DNA of 64,000 nt from Bacteroidota bacterium (GTDB lineage Bacteria; Bacteroidota; Bacteroidia; Chitinophagales; Saprospiraceae), in NCBI GenBank assembly GCA_018222965.1, contig JAAEZH010000002.1:137159-201158 (forward strand). Direction: 5' to 3'. The translations under genes and the position numbers were made by a program. Within the stretch, counting starts at the first letter, position 1. Each line of letters starts with the position of its first letter. Shown one piece after another: positions 1 to 10,785 of the stretch. Under the pieces are notes generated by a model, which made no database searches, was not told the origin of the DNA, and worked only from the letters and a program-made list of their open reading frames with translations.

Positions 1-648
1 GTGATCGGAGAGGTTGGAACTTGGGCTGTATGGAATTACTGCCGGAATCTTATTGCGCTTTCCAAAAGCGGCTACCACACGGGCATTGCTGCTGAGGTAA
101 GGGCCGAGGATCATATGTGATCCGCTGATTGCCGGCTGGCTGTTGAGGATCTGATTGGTCGTCGTCTCGGTACCTTTGGTATCGTAGACAAAGAATTGCA
201 ATTTGGCGCCCTCTTTGGTAAGCTGCTCCATGGCCATTTTGGATCCGGAATAGAATTGCAGCGCCCACTCGCTATTGTCGTAAATCTCTCCCGAGGCGCT
301 GTAAAAGCGATCGGTAAAGAAAGGCAACAACATGCTAATGCGATAGGGCCCGCCCTGAACGCCGGTTTCGCCATTACCCGTTGGGAAATAGGCGGTTTCG
401 GAGGTAATAGGCGGGTACTTACTTGCCGGATTCATGGTCCACTTAATGGTATCCATTGCTTCCGAAAGGGTCGTTACCGTTTCGTATTCGCCCGTTTCGG
501 GATCCAGTTGTTTGGGCCCCTGTATTTCGTTGAGATCGTCGTCCGTATCGGTTATCTGATCATCATCGGGGAGCTTTTTAAAAAGATCACAGGAAGTAGT
601 AAGACTTAACAGGAAAAATCCCAGTAAGATCCACTTACTCCCATTCAA
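1..648 (-). CDS. Partial gene, 3' end runs off the window start. Encodes a lipoprotein (N-term [20 protein letters not shown] with lipobox Cys), probable periplasmic-binding-protein-like fold. Apparent TTG start at 646-648 overlaps the last codons of guaA.
   Basis: Manual translation of the minus frame ending at position 1 gives about 216 codons with no stop. It has an SpII-type signal peptide. No competing long ORF is present. The plus ORF 196-609 is antisense and low-complexity. Confidence 0.45.
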   Translation of the reverse strand, partial: MNGSKWILLGFFLLSLTTSCDLFKKLPDDDQITDTDDDLNEIQGPKQLDPETGEYETVTTLSEAMDTIKWTMNPASKYPPITSETAYFPTGNGETGVQGGPYRISMLLPFFTDRFYSASGEIYDNSEWALQFYSGSKMAMEQLTKEGAKLQFFVYDTKGTETTTNQILNSQPAISGSHMILGPYLSSNARVVAAFGKRNKIPAVIPYSPSSNLSDH

Positions 649-2173
649 TAGTCGCTGGAGGTTTTGTACTGATATCATAGACGACGCGATTAATGCCTTT
701 TACGTTGTTGATTATTTCACTGGACACAGCAGCCAGAAAATCGTGTGGGAGTCGACTCCATTCGGCGGTCATACCGTCCATGGAGTTTACTGCCCGTAGG
801 GCAACGGTTTGTTCATAGGTGCGTTCATCACCCATTACACCCACAGATTGAACCGGAAGCAGGATCGTTCCTGCCTGCCAGATTTCATCATACAGACCGA
901 ATTTACGAAGGTTATTGATGTAAATATAGTCTGCCTCCTGAAGCAGGGCCACTTTTTCCGGTGTAATATCTCCCAGAATCCGAATACCAAGACCCGGACC
1001 CGGGAATGGGTGTCTGCCCAGAATGTCCGTGGGAATATTGAGTTCTTTGCCAACCCGGCGCACTTCGTCTTTGAAGAGCATCCGAAGCGGTTCTACGATC
1101 TTAAGGTCGAGTTTTTCCGGCAAGCCACCAACATTATGATGCGATTTAATGGTTACCGAAGGTCCATGTACCGAAACCGATTCAATTACATCGGGGTAAA
1201 TGGTGCCCTGACCCAGCCACTCAATATGGCTGAGTTTTTTGGCTTCCCGCTCAAAAACCTCTATAAAAACGCGTCCGATGGCCTTTCGCTTGCCTTCCGG
1301 GTCGGTTAATCCTTCTAATGCGCTGTAAAATTCTTTTTTGGCGTCCACACCCACCACATTGAGCCCCATTTGTTTGTAAGACTCCAATACTTCCTCAAAC
1401 TCGTGTTTTCGGAGCAAGCCGTTGTCTACAAAGAAGCAGATCAATCGGTCGCCAATAGCGTGATGCAGCAGCTCAGCAGCTACGGTAGAATCCACACCAC
1501 CGGAGAGCCCCATGAGTACCCGCTCCGTACCAATCTGCTTTTTTAGAGCTTCAATGGTTTCTTCTGCAAAGGAAGCCGGTGTCCAGTCGCCCGAGCAACC
1601 CGCAATCTCATAAGCGAAATTGCGCAGCAGGTCAAGCCCCTGCAAGCTGTGGGTAACTTCCGGGTGAAATTGCAGGCAATAAACCGGCGCACCTTCGTTA
1701 TTATCAGAACGAAAAGCGGCTACATCAATACTTGTTGTTCCGGCAAGGAGGTGAAACCCCTCCGGCAGTTTATGGATGGTGTCGCCATGAGACATCCACA
1801 CTTGTGTGCCCGTTTCAATGCCTTTAAAGAGGGGATCGCTGTGATCCATTTTATCCAAACTGGCTTTACCGTATTCCCGTTTGTTGGAAGGCAAAACTTC
1901 TCCGCCGTGTGTCGAAGCGATAAGCTGCGCTCCATAACACACTGCCAATACCGGGATACGCCCCAAAAAGGCATCTAAATCCGGATGCGGAGAATTTGGC
2001 TCCGTAACTGAAAACGGACTACCGGATAAAATAATCGCCTTGGTATGCTCATCGGGATTTACCGGAGCGTTGAAAGGCTGGATCTCACAGAAGACATTCA
2101 ATTCGCGTACCCGTCTGGCAATCAATTGCGTATATTGGGACCCGAAATCCAGAATGAGAATTTTTTCGCTCAT
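635..2173 (-). CDS. guaA: GMP synthase, glutamine-hydrolysing (class I amidotransferase, ATP pyrophosphatase and dimerisation domains)
   Basis: 512 aa. N-term [29 protein letters not shown]-loop SGGVDSTV, C-term KPPATIEWE are hallmark GuaA sequences. Confidence 0.95.
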   Translation of the reverse strand: MSEKILILDFGSQYTQLIARRVRELNVFCEIQPFNAPVNPDEHTKAIILSGSPFSVTEPNSPHPDLDAFLGRIPVLAVCYGAQLIASTHGGEVLPSNKREYGKASLDKMDHSDPLFKGIETGTQVWMSHGDTIHKLPEGFHLLAGTTSIDVAAFRSDNNEGAPVYCLQFHPEVTHSLQGLDLLRNFAYEIAGCSGDWTPASFAEETIEALKKQIGTERVLMGLSGGVDSTVAAELLHHAIGDRLICFFVDNGLLRKHEFEEVLESYKQMGLNVVGVDAKKEFYSALEGLTDPEGKRKAIGRVFIEVFEREAKKLSHIEWLGQGTIYPDVIESVSVHGPSVTIKSHHNVGGLPEKLDLKIVEPLRMLFKDEVRRVGKELNIPTDILGRHPFPGPGLGIRILGDITPEKVALLQEADYIYINNLRKFGLYDEIWQAGTILLPVQSVGVMGDERTYEQTVALRAVNSMDGMTAEWSRLPHDFLAAVSSEIINNVKGINRVVYDISTKPPATIEWE

Positions 2174-2177
2174 GGGG

Positions 2178-2217
2178 CAAAGATAAAATTATTGTTCGAT
2201 TGACTTGCCTACATTTG
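2178..2217. promoter_or_regulatory. Divergent promoter region. TACATTTG (2210-2217, + strand) lies 20 nt upstream of the 2237 start. On the minus strand, TATCTTTG (complement of 2178-2185) lies just upstream of the guaA ATG. Both fit the Bacteroidetes -7 consensus TAnnTTTG.
   Basis: Motif match by eye only. The -33 TTG spacing is imperfect. Confidence 0.35.
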
Positions 2218-2236
2218 CCGCTAGAAAAGATACTTT

Positions 2237-3442
2237 ATGCCTGTTGAACAAAAGACCAGTATTACTTCTTCTAAAGGGTTGTTATCCAGAGTTTTGTGGC
2301 AATCAAAACCGAGGTGGCAGCTGTTTGGAGCTGCTATTGGCACCGGTTTGGGCTTCTTTTTATTGTTGGGCGCTCTGCAGGTGTTTTTTGATTTGCAATC
2401 CTTTATGAGCGACAGTGGTTCCGACCAGTTTGTACAGGTAAATAAGCGGGTAAACCTCATCAATACCCTGGGCGCAAAAGTCGGATTTACAGAAGAAGAA
2501 GTGGCCGAGCTGGAAGATCAGACTTTCGTCGAATCCCTGGGTCGTTTTGTTTCAAACGAATTCAAAGTAGGAGCGGGCAGCAGCACTTTTGGGTTTTATA
2601 CCGAGCTGTTCTTTGAATCGGTACCTCCCGATTTTGTAGATGTGGAAACCAGTTCCTTTCGTTGGAAAAAAGGAGATCAGGAAGTACCCATCATCCTGTC
2701 CCGCGATTACCTGGCCTTATACAATTTTGGTTTTGCGCCCTCCCAGGGTCTTCCGCAGTTTACGCCCAATACCATTAAACGCGTTTCTCTCGACCTTATC
2801 CTTCGCGGGAACGGGCACCGGGTAAATATGAGCGGCCGTATCATCGGATTCAGCGACCGCATAAATTCCATACTGGTTCCGGAAGCATTTCTCGAATGGG
2901 CCAATAAAGAATACGGATCTTCAGCACCCAACCGGCCTTCCCGGCTGATCCTGAAGGTCGATAATCCCATGAGCAAAGAATTTCGCGACTTCCTGAAGGA
3001 GCGCAATTATGAGCTCAGCACCGGCCGCCTGGTCGGTCAGGAAGTGCTGACTGTTGTTTCCCTGGTTATTGGAATCCTTGTTTTTCTCGGCTTACTCATT
3101 GCTTTGCTGAGTCTGCTGGTCGTAAACCTGAATTACCGCCTGCTCATTTCTGAGGCATCTACGGGGATAAAAAGACTTTACGAACTGGGCTATACCCAGG
3201 ACCAGCTGGCTAAGATTCTGAGCCGTTCTTCCATAAAATGGTATGGCTTGAGCTGGTTGGCAGCAGTGGTGGTACTCGCACTCTTGCATATGTTGTTGGC
3301 CGAATTACTTAAAGATCAGGGGTTGGACCTGCAGGCTTTATTACATCCGCTGGTCTGGTTGGCTGCACTTATGCTGGCCATCGGATTCTTTTTCTTCCAG
3401 AAACGGAATATTCAAAATAGTCTGAGTAGATTGTTTTCCTAA
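2237..3442 (+). CDS. FtsX/MacB-like ABC-transporter permease family membrane protein. N-terminal TM helix, large extracytoplasmic domain, 3 C-terminal TM helices.
   Basis: 401 aa. Topology and the C-terminal TM bundle pattern resemble FtsX-like permeases. No cognate ATPase gene is adjacent. Confidence 0.5.
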   Translation: MPVEQKTSITSSKGLLSRVLWQSKPRWQLFGAAIGTGLGFFLLLGALQVFFDLQSFMSDSGSDQFVQVNKRVNLINTLGAKVGFTEEEVAELEDQTFVESLGRFVSNEFKVGAGSSTFGFYTELFFESVPPDFVDVETSSFRWKKGDQEVPIILSRDYLALYNFGFAPSQGLPQFTPNTIKRVSLDLILRGNGHRVNMSGRIIGFSDRINSILVPEAFLEWANKEYGSSAPNRPSRLILKVDNPMSKEFRDFLKERNYELSTGRLVGQEVLTVVSLVIGILVFLGLLIALLSLLVVNLNYRLLISEASTGIKRLYELGYTQDQLAKILSRSSIKWYGLSWLAAVVVLALLHMLLAELLKDQGLDLQALLHPLVWLAALMLAIGFFFFQKRNIQNSLSRLFS

Positions 3443-3469
3443 TAACCACCTAACACTGCATCGACGCCT

Positions 3470-5293
3470 ATGAAACTGGCCCTGCCTGATCTGCTCATCA
3501 TTTTAGCTTATTTGCTCGCTACCGTGGTGGTAGGACTCGTTTTAAAACGCCAGGCTGAAAGAAGCAAAAACGACTACCTGCTGGGGGGAAACCGCATGCC
3601 CTGGTATATGCTGGGTCTGAGTAATGCATCCGGCATGTTTGACATTTCCGGTACCATGTGGCTGGTCACTTTATTATTTGTCTATGGTTTAAAAAGTGCC
3701 TGGATTCCCTGGCTTTGGCCGGTATTTAACCAGATCTTCCTGATGATATTCTTGTCCATGTGGCTCCGTAGGTCCAAAGTGACTACCGGTGCAGAATGGA
3801 TAAATACCCGTTTTGGGATTGGAAGGGGAGCTTCCTGGTCCCATACCATTGTGGTGGTTTTTGCCATCTTGCTGGGACTGGGTTTCCTGGCCTACGGATT
3901 TATCGGAGCCGGTAAGTTTATTGAGATCTTTATTCCCTGGGAGACTATTTCGCCATACATTCCTTTTAATGTAGCTCCCCAATTTGTCCCGCATTTTTAT
4001 GGGATCATACTTACGAGTTTTGCGGTATTTTATGCCCTGGTGGGCGGAATGCTGAGCATTGTCTGGGCCGATGTATTGCAATACCTGCTGATGTTTGTTT
4101 CGGCTATTGTGATTGGGATCATTGCCATGCAGGCTGTCGCCGAAAATACTTTGTTGGTCCCTGATGGTTGGAAGACGCCCTTTTTTGGGATGAACCTGGA
4201 TCTGGATTGGTCTCAAATTATGGTGGAAGTGAATGATAAAATTGAGAGTGACGGATTCGGTTTGTTTGGGATCTTTTTTATGATGATGATCTTTAAAGGA
4301 GTATTAGTGAGTTTAGCCGGACCCGCTCCGGGCTATGATATGCAAAAGATCCTTTCAACCCGCTCGCCCAGAGAAGCTGCATTGATGAGCGGTTCGGTAA
4401 GTTTCATCCTTATGCCGATCCGTTATTTTATGATTGCCGGATTTGGTGTTTTGGCCTTACTATTTACCGATCAACTGGATCTGATTGTTGCAGGGGAGGT
4501 CGATTTTGAACAAATTCTTCCTTCTGCTATTAATGAATTTGTGCCTGTCGGATTTTTGGGGCTGTTGCTGGCCGGATTGCTGGCTGCTTTTATGTCGACC
4601 TTCGCGGGAACGCTTAACGCAACACAGGCTTACATTATCAATGATATTTATCTGAAACGAATAAAACCGCAGGCTTCCAATCAGCGCATTAAATGGATGA
4701 ATTATGTGATTGGTTTAATTGTCGTTGCCATAAGTGTGGTGTTGGGCTTCTTCGCTCAGGATGTGAATGATGTCCTGCAATGGATCGTTTCGGGTCTGTT
4801 TGGATCGTATGTCGCAGCTAATGTCCTGAAGTGGTACTGGTGGCGCTTTAACGGCAATGGATTCTTTTGGGGAATGGTTTTTGGCCTGATACCGGCTCTG
4901 TCATTCCGCTTTATTTTTGAGGGGGTATTGGACCTTTATACCTTCCCCTTGATGTTGTTGCTTTCGGTAGTTGGCTGTCTGGTGGGGACCTATACTGCCC
5001 CCCCTGTTGAAGAAGAAACGCTGAAGGCCTTTTACCGCAATGTAAAACCCTGGGGATTTTGGGGCCCGATTAAGCGAAAAGTGATGGAAGAAGATGCCGA
5101 CTTTGTACCAAATAAAGACTTTAAAAGAGATATGTTTAATGTGGTGATCGGCGTTATCTGGCAGACGGCCCTGGTGATATTCCCAATTTACCTGGTCTTG
5201 CTGGAAACGGTTCCATTTCTGATTGTATTTGGAGTGGCCGTAGTCTGCACCCTTATTTTAAAACGCAGCTGGTATGATCGACTGCCAGCCTAA
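3470..5293 (+). CDS. Sodium:solute symporter family (SSF/SGLT-like) transporter
   Basis: 607 aa polytopic membrane protein. N-term region ILAYLLATVVVGLVLKR...YLLGGNRMPWY is typical of the SSF family. Lies immediately upstream of a GH1 glycosidase. Confidence 0.8.
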   Translation: MKLALPDLLIILAYLLATVVVGLVLKRQAERSKNDYLLGGNRMPWYMLGLSNASGMFDISGTMWLVTLLFVYGLKSAWIPWLWPVFNQIFLMIFLSMWLRRSKVTTGAEWINTRFGIGRGASWSHTIVVVFAILLGLGFLAYGFIGAGKFIEIFIPWETISPYIPFNVAPQFVPHFYGIILTSFAVFYALVGGMLSIVWADVLQYLLMFVSAIVIGIIAMQAVAENTLLVPDGWKTPFFGMNLDLDWSQIMVEVNDKIESDGFGLFGIFFMMMIFKGVLVSLAGPAPGYDMQKILSTRSPREAALMSGSVSFILMPIRYFMIAGFGVLALLFTDQLDLIVAGEVDFEQILPSAINEFVPVGFLGLLLAGLLAAFMSTFAGTLNATQAYIINDIYLKRIKPQASNQRIKWMNYVIGLIVVAISVVLGFFAQDVNDVLQWIVSGLFGSYVAANVLKWYWWRFNGNGFFWGMVFGLIPALSFRFIFEGVLDLYTFPLMLLLSVVGCLVGTYTAPPVEEETLKAFYRNVKPWGFWGPIKRKVMEEDADFVPNKDFKRDMFNVVIGVIWQTALVIFPIYLVLLETVPFLIVFGVAVVCTLILKRSWYDRLPA

Positions 5294-5304
5294 ACCGAAA
5301 ATAG

Positions 5305-6696
5305 ATGGCTGAATTTCCAAGTGATTTTATTTGGGGTACTGCTACCTCTGCTTATCAAATTGAGGGAGGCTACCGCGAGGGTGGTAAAGGCATTTCCATT
5401 TGGGATGCTTTTTCTCGTATCCCCGGCAAAATAATGAATGGCGATACGGGGGAAGTTGCCTGTGATCATTTCCATCGCTTCGAAGAAGATGTGCAGCTGA
5501 TGAAGGATATGGGCGTTAATGCTTATCGTTTTTCGCTGGCCTGGACGCGCATCATTCCGGATGGTACCGGGGATGTGAGCGAGGAGGGAATTGCCTTTTA
5601 TTCCAAACTTATTGACCTCCTGCTGGAAAATAACATCACCCCCTGGGTTACGCTTTACCACTGGGATTTGCCAGTGGCTTTGGAATTCGAGAAAGGGGGC
5701 TGGCTGGGGGATGATATTTCAGATGCCTTCGCGCATTATGCCGATGTATGTTTTTCCCATTTTGGAGATCGGGTCACAAACTGGATTACGCTCAATGAGC
5801 CCTGGGTTGTAGCCATGTTGGGATATGGTCAGGGTGTTTTTCCCCCGGGCATTGTATCTAATGAAGCACCCTACATCGCCGGACATAACTTATTGTTGGG
5901 ACATGCCAAAGCGGTGGATGTTTACCGGAATAAATACCAGGACAAACAAAAGGGTCAGATTGGGATAGCCAATAACTGTGATTGGCGCGAGCCGCTTACT
6001 GATTCTCCCGATGATTTGGCTGCCGCCGAAAGAGCCCTCGAGTTTTTCCTCGCCTGGTTTGCCGATCCCATTTATAAAGGAGATTACCCGGCATCTATGC
6101 GGGAACGAGTAGGAGAGAGGCTTCCTGAATTTACTGCCGGGGAGCAAGCCATGCTTAAAGACTCCTCAGACTTTTTTGGGCTAAATCACTATACCACCAT
6201 GTATGCTGCAGATGCGACCAATAAGAACTCGGAGGATAGCGTTTATGGCAACGGAGGTATTTCCGAGGATCAGGATGTGCAACTATCCGTAGATCCTTCC
6301 TGGTCAAAAACGACCATGAACTGGGCAGTTGTACCCTGGGGATTCCAGAAGCTGCTGGAGTGGATTGATACCCGCTACGATCATCCGCCAATTATAGTCA
6401 CTGAAAATGGCTGTGCTTTTGACGATAAACCGGAGAATGGAGAAGTACACGACGCCGAACGACTGGACTTTTACAAAGGATACCTGGCTGGTTGCCGAAC
6501 GGCTATCAGCAACGGAGCCAATGTAAAAGGATATTTCGCCTGGTCCTTCATGGATAACTTTGAATGGGTATTTGGTTACAGCCGCCGCTTTGGCATGCAC
6601 TATGTAGATTTTGAGACGCTGGAGAGAATTCCCAAGAGTTCAGCAAAATGGTATGCACGTGTGATTGCAAAAAACAGCCTGGATGTACAGGGATAA
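5305..6696 (+). CDS. Glycoside hydrolase family 1 beta-glucosidase
   Basis: 463 aa. FIWGTATSAYQIEGG near the N-terminus. Catalytic acid/base motif TLNEPW and nucleophile motif ITENG are both present. Confidence 0.9.
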   Translation: MAEFPSDFIWGTATSAYQIEGGYREGGKGISIWDAFSRIPGKIMNGDTGEVACDHFHRFEEDVQLMKDMGVNAYRFSLAWTRIIPDGTGDVSEEGIAFYSKLIDLLLENNITPWVTLYHWDLPVALEFEKGGWLGDDISDAFAHYADVCFSHFGDRVTNWITLNEPWVVAMLGYGQGVFPPGIVSNEAPYIAGHNLLLGHAKAVDVYRNKYQDKQKGQIGIANNCDWREPLTDSPDDLAAAERALEFFLAWFADPIYKGDYPASMRERVGERLPEFTAGEQAMLKDSSDFFGLNHYTTMYAADATNKNSEDSVYGNGGISEDQDVQLSVDPSWSKTTMNWAVVPWGFQKLLEWIDTRYDHPPIIVTENGCAFDDKPENGEVHDAERLDFYKGYLAGCRTAISNGANVKGYFAWSFMDNFEWVFGYSRRFGMHYVDFETLERIPKSSAKWYARVIAKNSLDVQG

Positions 6697-6719
6697 AATT
6701 CGGCGAAAGCCACAAAAGA

Positions 6720-6766
6720 AAACCCCGAATCTTCCAGGCTGGAAAATTCGGGGTTTCTTATTTTTT
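6720..6766. terminator. Bidirectional rho-independent terminator between convergent GH1 and OmpA genes. Stem AAACCCCGAAT / ATTCGGGGTTT (11 bp), 15-nt loop, flanked by an A-run and a T-run.
   Basis: Perfect inverted repeat 6720-6730 / 6746-6756 followed by TTATTTTTT. Confidence 0.75.
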
Positions 6767-6777
6767 GAAGGGTGGAA

Positions 6778-8193
6778 TTACTTCAGGTACAGGTCAAATT
6801 CTGTACGGCGGTTTTGCTGACGACCATCTTTGTAGCGGTTGTCACCAATTGGCTGCGATTCACCATAACCGGCCCAGCTCATGCGGCTGGCTTTAATCCC
6901 TTTGCTTACGAAATAATCGTAACAGGCTTTTGCCCGGTTTTCAGAAAGTGTCTGGTTGCTTTCAGAACTCCCCACACTATCGGTGTGACCACCGATTTTC
7001 ATGCTGTAGTCTGGATACTTTTTCAGGATGGAAACAATCTCATCCAGAATTGCGTAAGAAGTGGACCGGATCTTTGCAGAACCTGTTTCAAACTCTACAG
7101 CTTGTGTGGCAAAGTCCAGACGCTCCTGATCTTCCTCCTTAATTTCAGGACAACCATCATTGGAAGCCGGACCGGCAGTTGTTTTACACTTGTCATCTTT
7201 GTCCAGGACACCGTCGCCATCCGTATCCGGACAGCCATTGGCGGCAGCGCTGCCGAAATCATCCGGGCAATCGTCGTCGCCATCTGCAACGCCGTCGCCA
7301 TCGCGATCCGGACAACCCATAAGGCTTACAATACCAGCTACGGTAGGACATTTATCCTCAGCATCGGTAAGACCATCTCCATCGGAGTCGGGGCAACCTT
7401 TCATGGTAGCGAGGCCGGCAACTGTCGGACAATCATCATCACCGTCAGCAACGCCATCGCCATCGGAGTCGGGGCAACCATTTAGGTCTTTCAGGCCTGC
7501 TTCTTCCGGACAGTTGTCTACGTTGTCAGCAATCCCATCGCCATCTGTATCCGGACAGCCGAAGAAGGCAGCTACCCCCGGGGTGTCCGGGCATTGGTCG
7601 TCCATATCTGTGATGCCATCGCCATCCCTGTCGGAAGGTGGTTCTTCTCCTTCATAAGGATGCAGAATGAAAGTGGCACCCAATCCATGCTGGAGGTTAT
7701 CGCGAAATGCTGTATTGCTAAAGCGATACTCGGTCTGTGCGGTCAAATAAAAGTGAGGCATGATCCGGATATTCAATCCAATACCTACCGGAAACATGAG
7801 GTTGGTTTCTTCGTTGGCAAATTGCAATCCCAATCCACCAAAAGCATAGGGGTAGAAGCGGGCATCTTTCTCAAAATATTTGAGTTGAAGCAGCGCGTCC
7901 ACGCTCCCGAATATATCTGAAGACATAGAGCTTTTCTGGTCTACGGGAAGGTTTGCGGAACCGATTTTAACGGGAACAGCCACATTCCAGAATTGACCCA
8001 GGCTTCGGATGTACTCAATTTCCAATCCCGGAGAATAATCTTCTACCACAAAGGGCAGCCCGGTGTAGGGATAATCAAAATTAATAAAGGTGCGTTTAAC
8101 GGATAGGGCATTCGGAGCTTCAGGGTATTGAGCTTGTACGCTGGATACAAACAGAAACAATCCGAACATCATACATAGTAAAGACTTTCTCAT
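6778..8193 (-). CDS. OmpA-family outer-membrane/peptidoglycan-associated protein with multiple thrombospondin type-3 (calcium-binding DxDxDG) repeats
   Basis: 471 aa. Signal peptide. Repeated CPDTDGDGIADNVDNCP-type TSP3 repeats. C-terminal OmpA-like domain (GHTDSVGSSESNQTLSENRAKA). Confidence 0.85.
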   Translation of the reverse strand: MRKSLLCMMFGLFLFVSSVQAQYPEAPNALSVKRTFINFDYPYTGLPFVVEDYSPGLEIEYIRSLGQFWNVAVPVKIGSANLPVDQKSSMSSDIFGSVDALLQLKYFEKDARFYPYAFGGLGLQFANEETNLMFPVGIGLNIRIMPHFYLTAQTEYRFSNTAFRDNLQHGLGATFILHPYEGEEPPSDRDGDGITDMDDQCPDTPGVAAFFGCPDTDGDGIADNVDNCPEEAGLKDLNGCPDSDGDGVADGDDDCPTVAGLATMKGCPDSDGDGLTDAEDKCPTVAGIVSLMGCPDRDGDGVADGDDDCPDDFGSAAANGCPDTDGDGVLDKDDKCKTTAGPASNDGCPEIKEEDQERLDFATQAVEFETGSAKIRSTSYAILDEIVSILKKYPDYSMKIGGHTDSVGSSESNQTLSENRAKACYDYFVSKGIKASRMSWAGYGESQPIGDNRYKDGRQQNRRTEFDLYLK

Positions 8194-8314
8194 GATGCTT
8201 TTTTTGTTGGTTGCGTATTCATTTTGCCGAAACGAGTATGTTTCGGAAAATTAAGATATTAAAAATTGGCCGTAGCCACGTAAAATACCTGTGTGAATTC
8301 GCCTGAGAAGTCTG

Positions 8315-9250
8315 TTACTCCATCAATCCTCTGCCTTCTTTGTTGATCTTACCCTTCTTGGAGAGTTCTTTCATCAACCTGTCCAGAATCCCGTTTATAA
8401 AATCCTTGCTTTTGTCGGTACTGTAAAGCTTGGAAATCTCCACAAACTCATTCAGGCTAACCTTTGTGGGAATGGTCTTAAAGTAGATCAATTCGCACAA
8501 GGCCATTTTTAGAAGGATCATATCAATGACTGCTACCCGATCCACATCCCAGTTTTTCAGGGTGGGTTCGATTATGGACAGCAATTCTTCATTTTCCTCA
8601 CAAGCAAGGGACAGGAGCTTTTCCCCAAAATCCCTGACCGTTTCGTCATTGGGAATGTAATCGTCGAGAAAGTCATCATTCGCCGGAAGGCCTTTCAAAA
8701 CTTTCTTAACGGACCCAACAACCAGACTCTTATCGTCGATCCAACTGGAGTAGTGGTCTTCTACCAAATCGACAAAGAGGTCATTGGTCGCACAATGCCT
8801 GTAGAGTTCCAGAATAATAGACTGGTGATCCTCTGTTTTGGAAGTTTTCTGATAGATGTAGTTCTTGTACTCCTCCGTTCTTGCAAAGGAAGAATACAAT
8901 TTGCGCGTGATATCTGCATCCAGTCGACCCCGTAACTTAAACTTCTTGTAAGATAGGTTTAGCCGGGTGTTTTCTTCAAGCGATTGAATAAGCTCATTGT
9001 GAAAAAGCTTATCGGTAAATTGCTTGTCGAGTTCGGAAGGAAGCAGTTTGGAAGATTTTGATGCGGCATCCTTTTGAGCATAGGAAGCAACCCGCACCAA
9101 TTGAAGTATGTGAAATAAAAATAACTCGTAGGAGCGATCCACACTTTGCCGGTAACGAGACAAGGCTTGCTGGTAGGTGACTTCACTGTCGCGATTCATC
9201 GCGTACAGGACCTGCATGACTTTTATGCGAATGTTTCTTCTACTCAGCAT
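8315..9250 (-). CDS. nusB: Transcription antitermination factor NusB (long Bacteroidetes-type form)
   Basis: 311 aa. N-term RRNIRIKVMQVLYAMN resembles the NusB N-terminus. Length fits long-form bacteroidetal NusB. Confidence 0.65.
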   Translation of the reverse strand: MLSRRNIRIKVMQVLYAMNRDSEVTYQQALSRYRQSVDRSYELFLFHILQLVRVASYAQKDAASKSSKLLPSELDKQFTDKLFHNELIQSLEENTRLNLSYKKFKLRGRLDADITRKLYSSFARTEEYKNYIYQKTSKTEDHQSIILELYRHCATNDLFVDLVEDHYSSWIDDKSLVVGSVKKVLKGLPANDDFLDDYIPNDETVRDFGEKLLSLACEENEELLSIIEPTLKNWDVDRVAVIDMILLKMALCELIYFKTIPTKVSLNEFVEISKLYSTDKSKDFINGILDRLMKELSKKGKINKEGRGLME

Positions 9251-9300
9251 AGTGGATTAATCCGGGCACAAGTAAATACTTTTTTTTAAGAATGACGATT

Positions 9301-10773
9301 CTACTTCAAAAATTCAGCCTGAATCTCCTCAAAAGAGGGCAATTTTCTAATATGCCACTTTGCAATGATCTTCCCTCCATCCATCAAAACGACTCCGGGA
9401 TTAGACCTTACAATCGTCTTTAAGAGGATATCGTCGGCAACGTAAAATGGATAGGCACTCTGTGTCTCATGTCTGAAATCGTCGATCATTTCAGGTGCTG
9501 CATAGCCCGTAAGCGCATGGACCGCCACGCCGGCAGCCTCGGCTTTTTCCAATTCGGCATTCAGTTTTTTATACTTCTCCGTAAAATATTCCGGGAAGGA
9601 ATAGGTCTCGGTGTTTACCTGACGTTCGTTGATGGCTCCGGGACGGCGCTTCATGGTTAGCGTATCGTTGACCATGACCGTATCTACCATCCAGGTTGTA
9701 TCCATAACCATAGTCGAAGTGGTTTCACTTTCATGCGGGATCTTATAGGAAACGATCATAAAATGGTAACCTTCGTGTTCCAGTACTGCCTCGGTGGCCT
9801 CATTGCCGTCGAGGTCAGAGAATTCAAAATCGCTGATCTTGGTGGGCTCCATTTCCGGTTCCGTTTTTACCTGCTCCAGCTCAAAGGCATCTTTGGGGAA
9901 TTCTTTGTAGCGTTTCAGGTAATCGTCTACAGAAAGCTCAACAGTTTCTCCCGATTCCTTATTCGTAATTTTATAAGCCACTACCTGCACGGTTTCCTGT
10001 GCATCCATTTCGATTTGCTTCTGCTCAGCCACATTTACGCCTTCTTTAAACGGACGGAAATCGGTGTGTGGCAGGTCCCACTTGTAGTTGCTGCGGCAAT
10101 AGAAAAAGAGGGCGATGATACCCAGTCCGACAACCGCAAATCGCACCTGTTGGCTAAACAACTGGTGCATGTACTTGTGCTTCCAGATGAAGAAAATAGC
10201 CGGGATCAATAAGAATACATCTTTGAGGAAGGATGTTCGGGGTTCCAGCTTAATGAAATCGCCAAAACAACCACAATCCGTAACCCGCATGCTGGTTGCA
10301 TCATATGCGCCCCAGGCGCTGAAGTTGAAGAAATTTTCGCCGGAAGGCACATAACCGGTCAAATAAGTGAAACCAGTCAATACGGTGAAAAAAGCCACCA
10401 GCAGGAAAAATGCCCAGGAGGTAAACTTGGGGCGTGATCCGAGGATCAACATGATTCCCAGCGCAATTTCAAAAATGATCATGAATACCGAAAACCCGGT
10501 TGAATATTCAGACAACCAGGGAAACATGGGTGCCAGAAAAGAAAACCAGGTACCGGAAAAGGTAGCTTCAAACTCGGCAAAATACTGCTCCATTTTATAG
10601 GCAGTACCTAGTGGATCTACCGCTTTTACCCATCCTGAGAATACAAACAATGCCCCGGTAAAATGTTGGGCAAAGGTCATCAGAATGTTTTTCTGTTTCT
10701 TCATTACCACGGTAAGAAGGGTCAGCAAAATAGCTGCGATACCAATGATTAAGATCAATTTCGTCAGTGTCAT
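9301..10773 (-). CDS. DoxX-like / BT_3928-family integral membrane protein with a long acidic C-terminal extension
   Basis: 490 aa. N-terminal 4-TM DoxX-like region. Sits immediately upstream of a DUF1599 gene, a pairing conserved in Bacteroidetes. Confidence 0.5.
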   Translation of the reverse strand: MTLTKLILIIGIAAILLTLLTVVMKKQKNILMTFAQHFTGALFVFSGWVKAVDPLGTAYKMEQYFAEFEATFSGTWFSFLAPMFPWLSEYSTGFSVFMIIFEIALGIMLILGSRPKFTSWAFFLLVAFFTVLTGFTYLTGYVPSGENFFNFSAWGAYDATSMRVTDCGCFGDFIKLEPRTSFLKDVFLLIPAIFFIWKHKYMHQLFSQQVRFAVVGLGIIALFFYCRSNYKWDLPHTDFRPFKEGVNVAEQKQIEMDAQETVQVVAYKITNKESGETVELSVDDYLKRYKEFPKDAFELEQVKTEPEMEPTKISDFEFSDLDGNEATEAVLEHEGYHFMIVSYKIPHESETTSTMVMDTTWMVDTVMVNDTLTMKRRPGAINERQVNTETYSFPEYFTEKYKKLNAELEKAEAAGVAVHALTGYAAPEMIDDFRHETQSAYPFYVADDILLKTIVRSNPGVVLMDGGKIIAKWHIRKLPSFEEIQAEFLK

Positions 10774-10785
10774 GATCGGCTGTTT

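Noticed and set aside
196-609. 137-aa plus-strand ORF
   Set aside because: Antisense to the partial lipoprotein gene. Low-complexity G/R/F-rich translation. No start context.
5290-5661. 123-aa minus-strand ORF
   Set aside because: Lies entirely inside the well-supported SSF/GH1 coding region on the opposite strand.
7160-7657. 165-aa Ser/Pro-rich plus-strand ORF (also 6772-7485)
   Set aside because: Antisense reading of the GAT/GGC-rich thrombospondin-repeat DNA of the OmpA gene. Low complexity.
8235-8262. Hairpin CCGAAAC-GAGTAT-GTTTCGG between nusB and the OmpA gene
   Set aside because: No U-run on either transcript side, so not called as a terminator. Could still be a regulatory stem.
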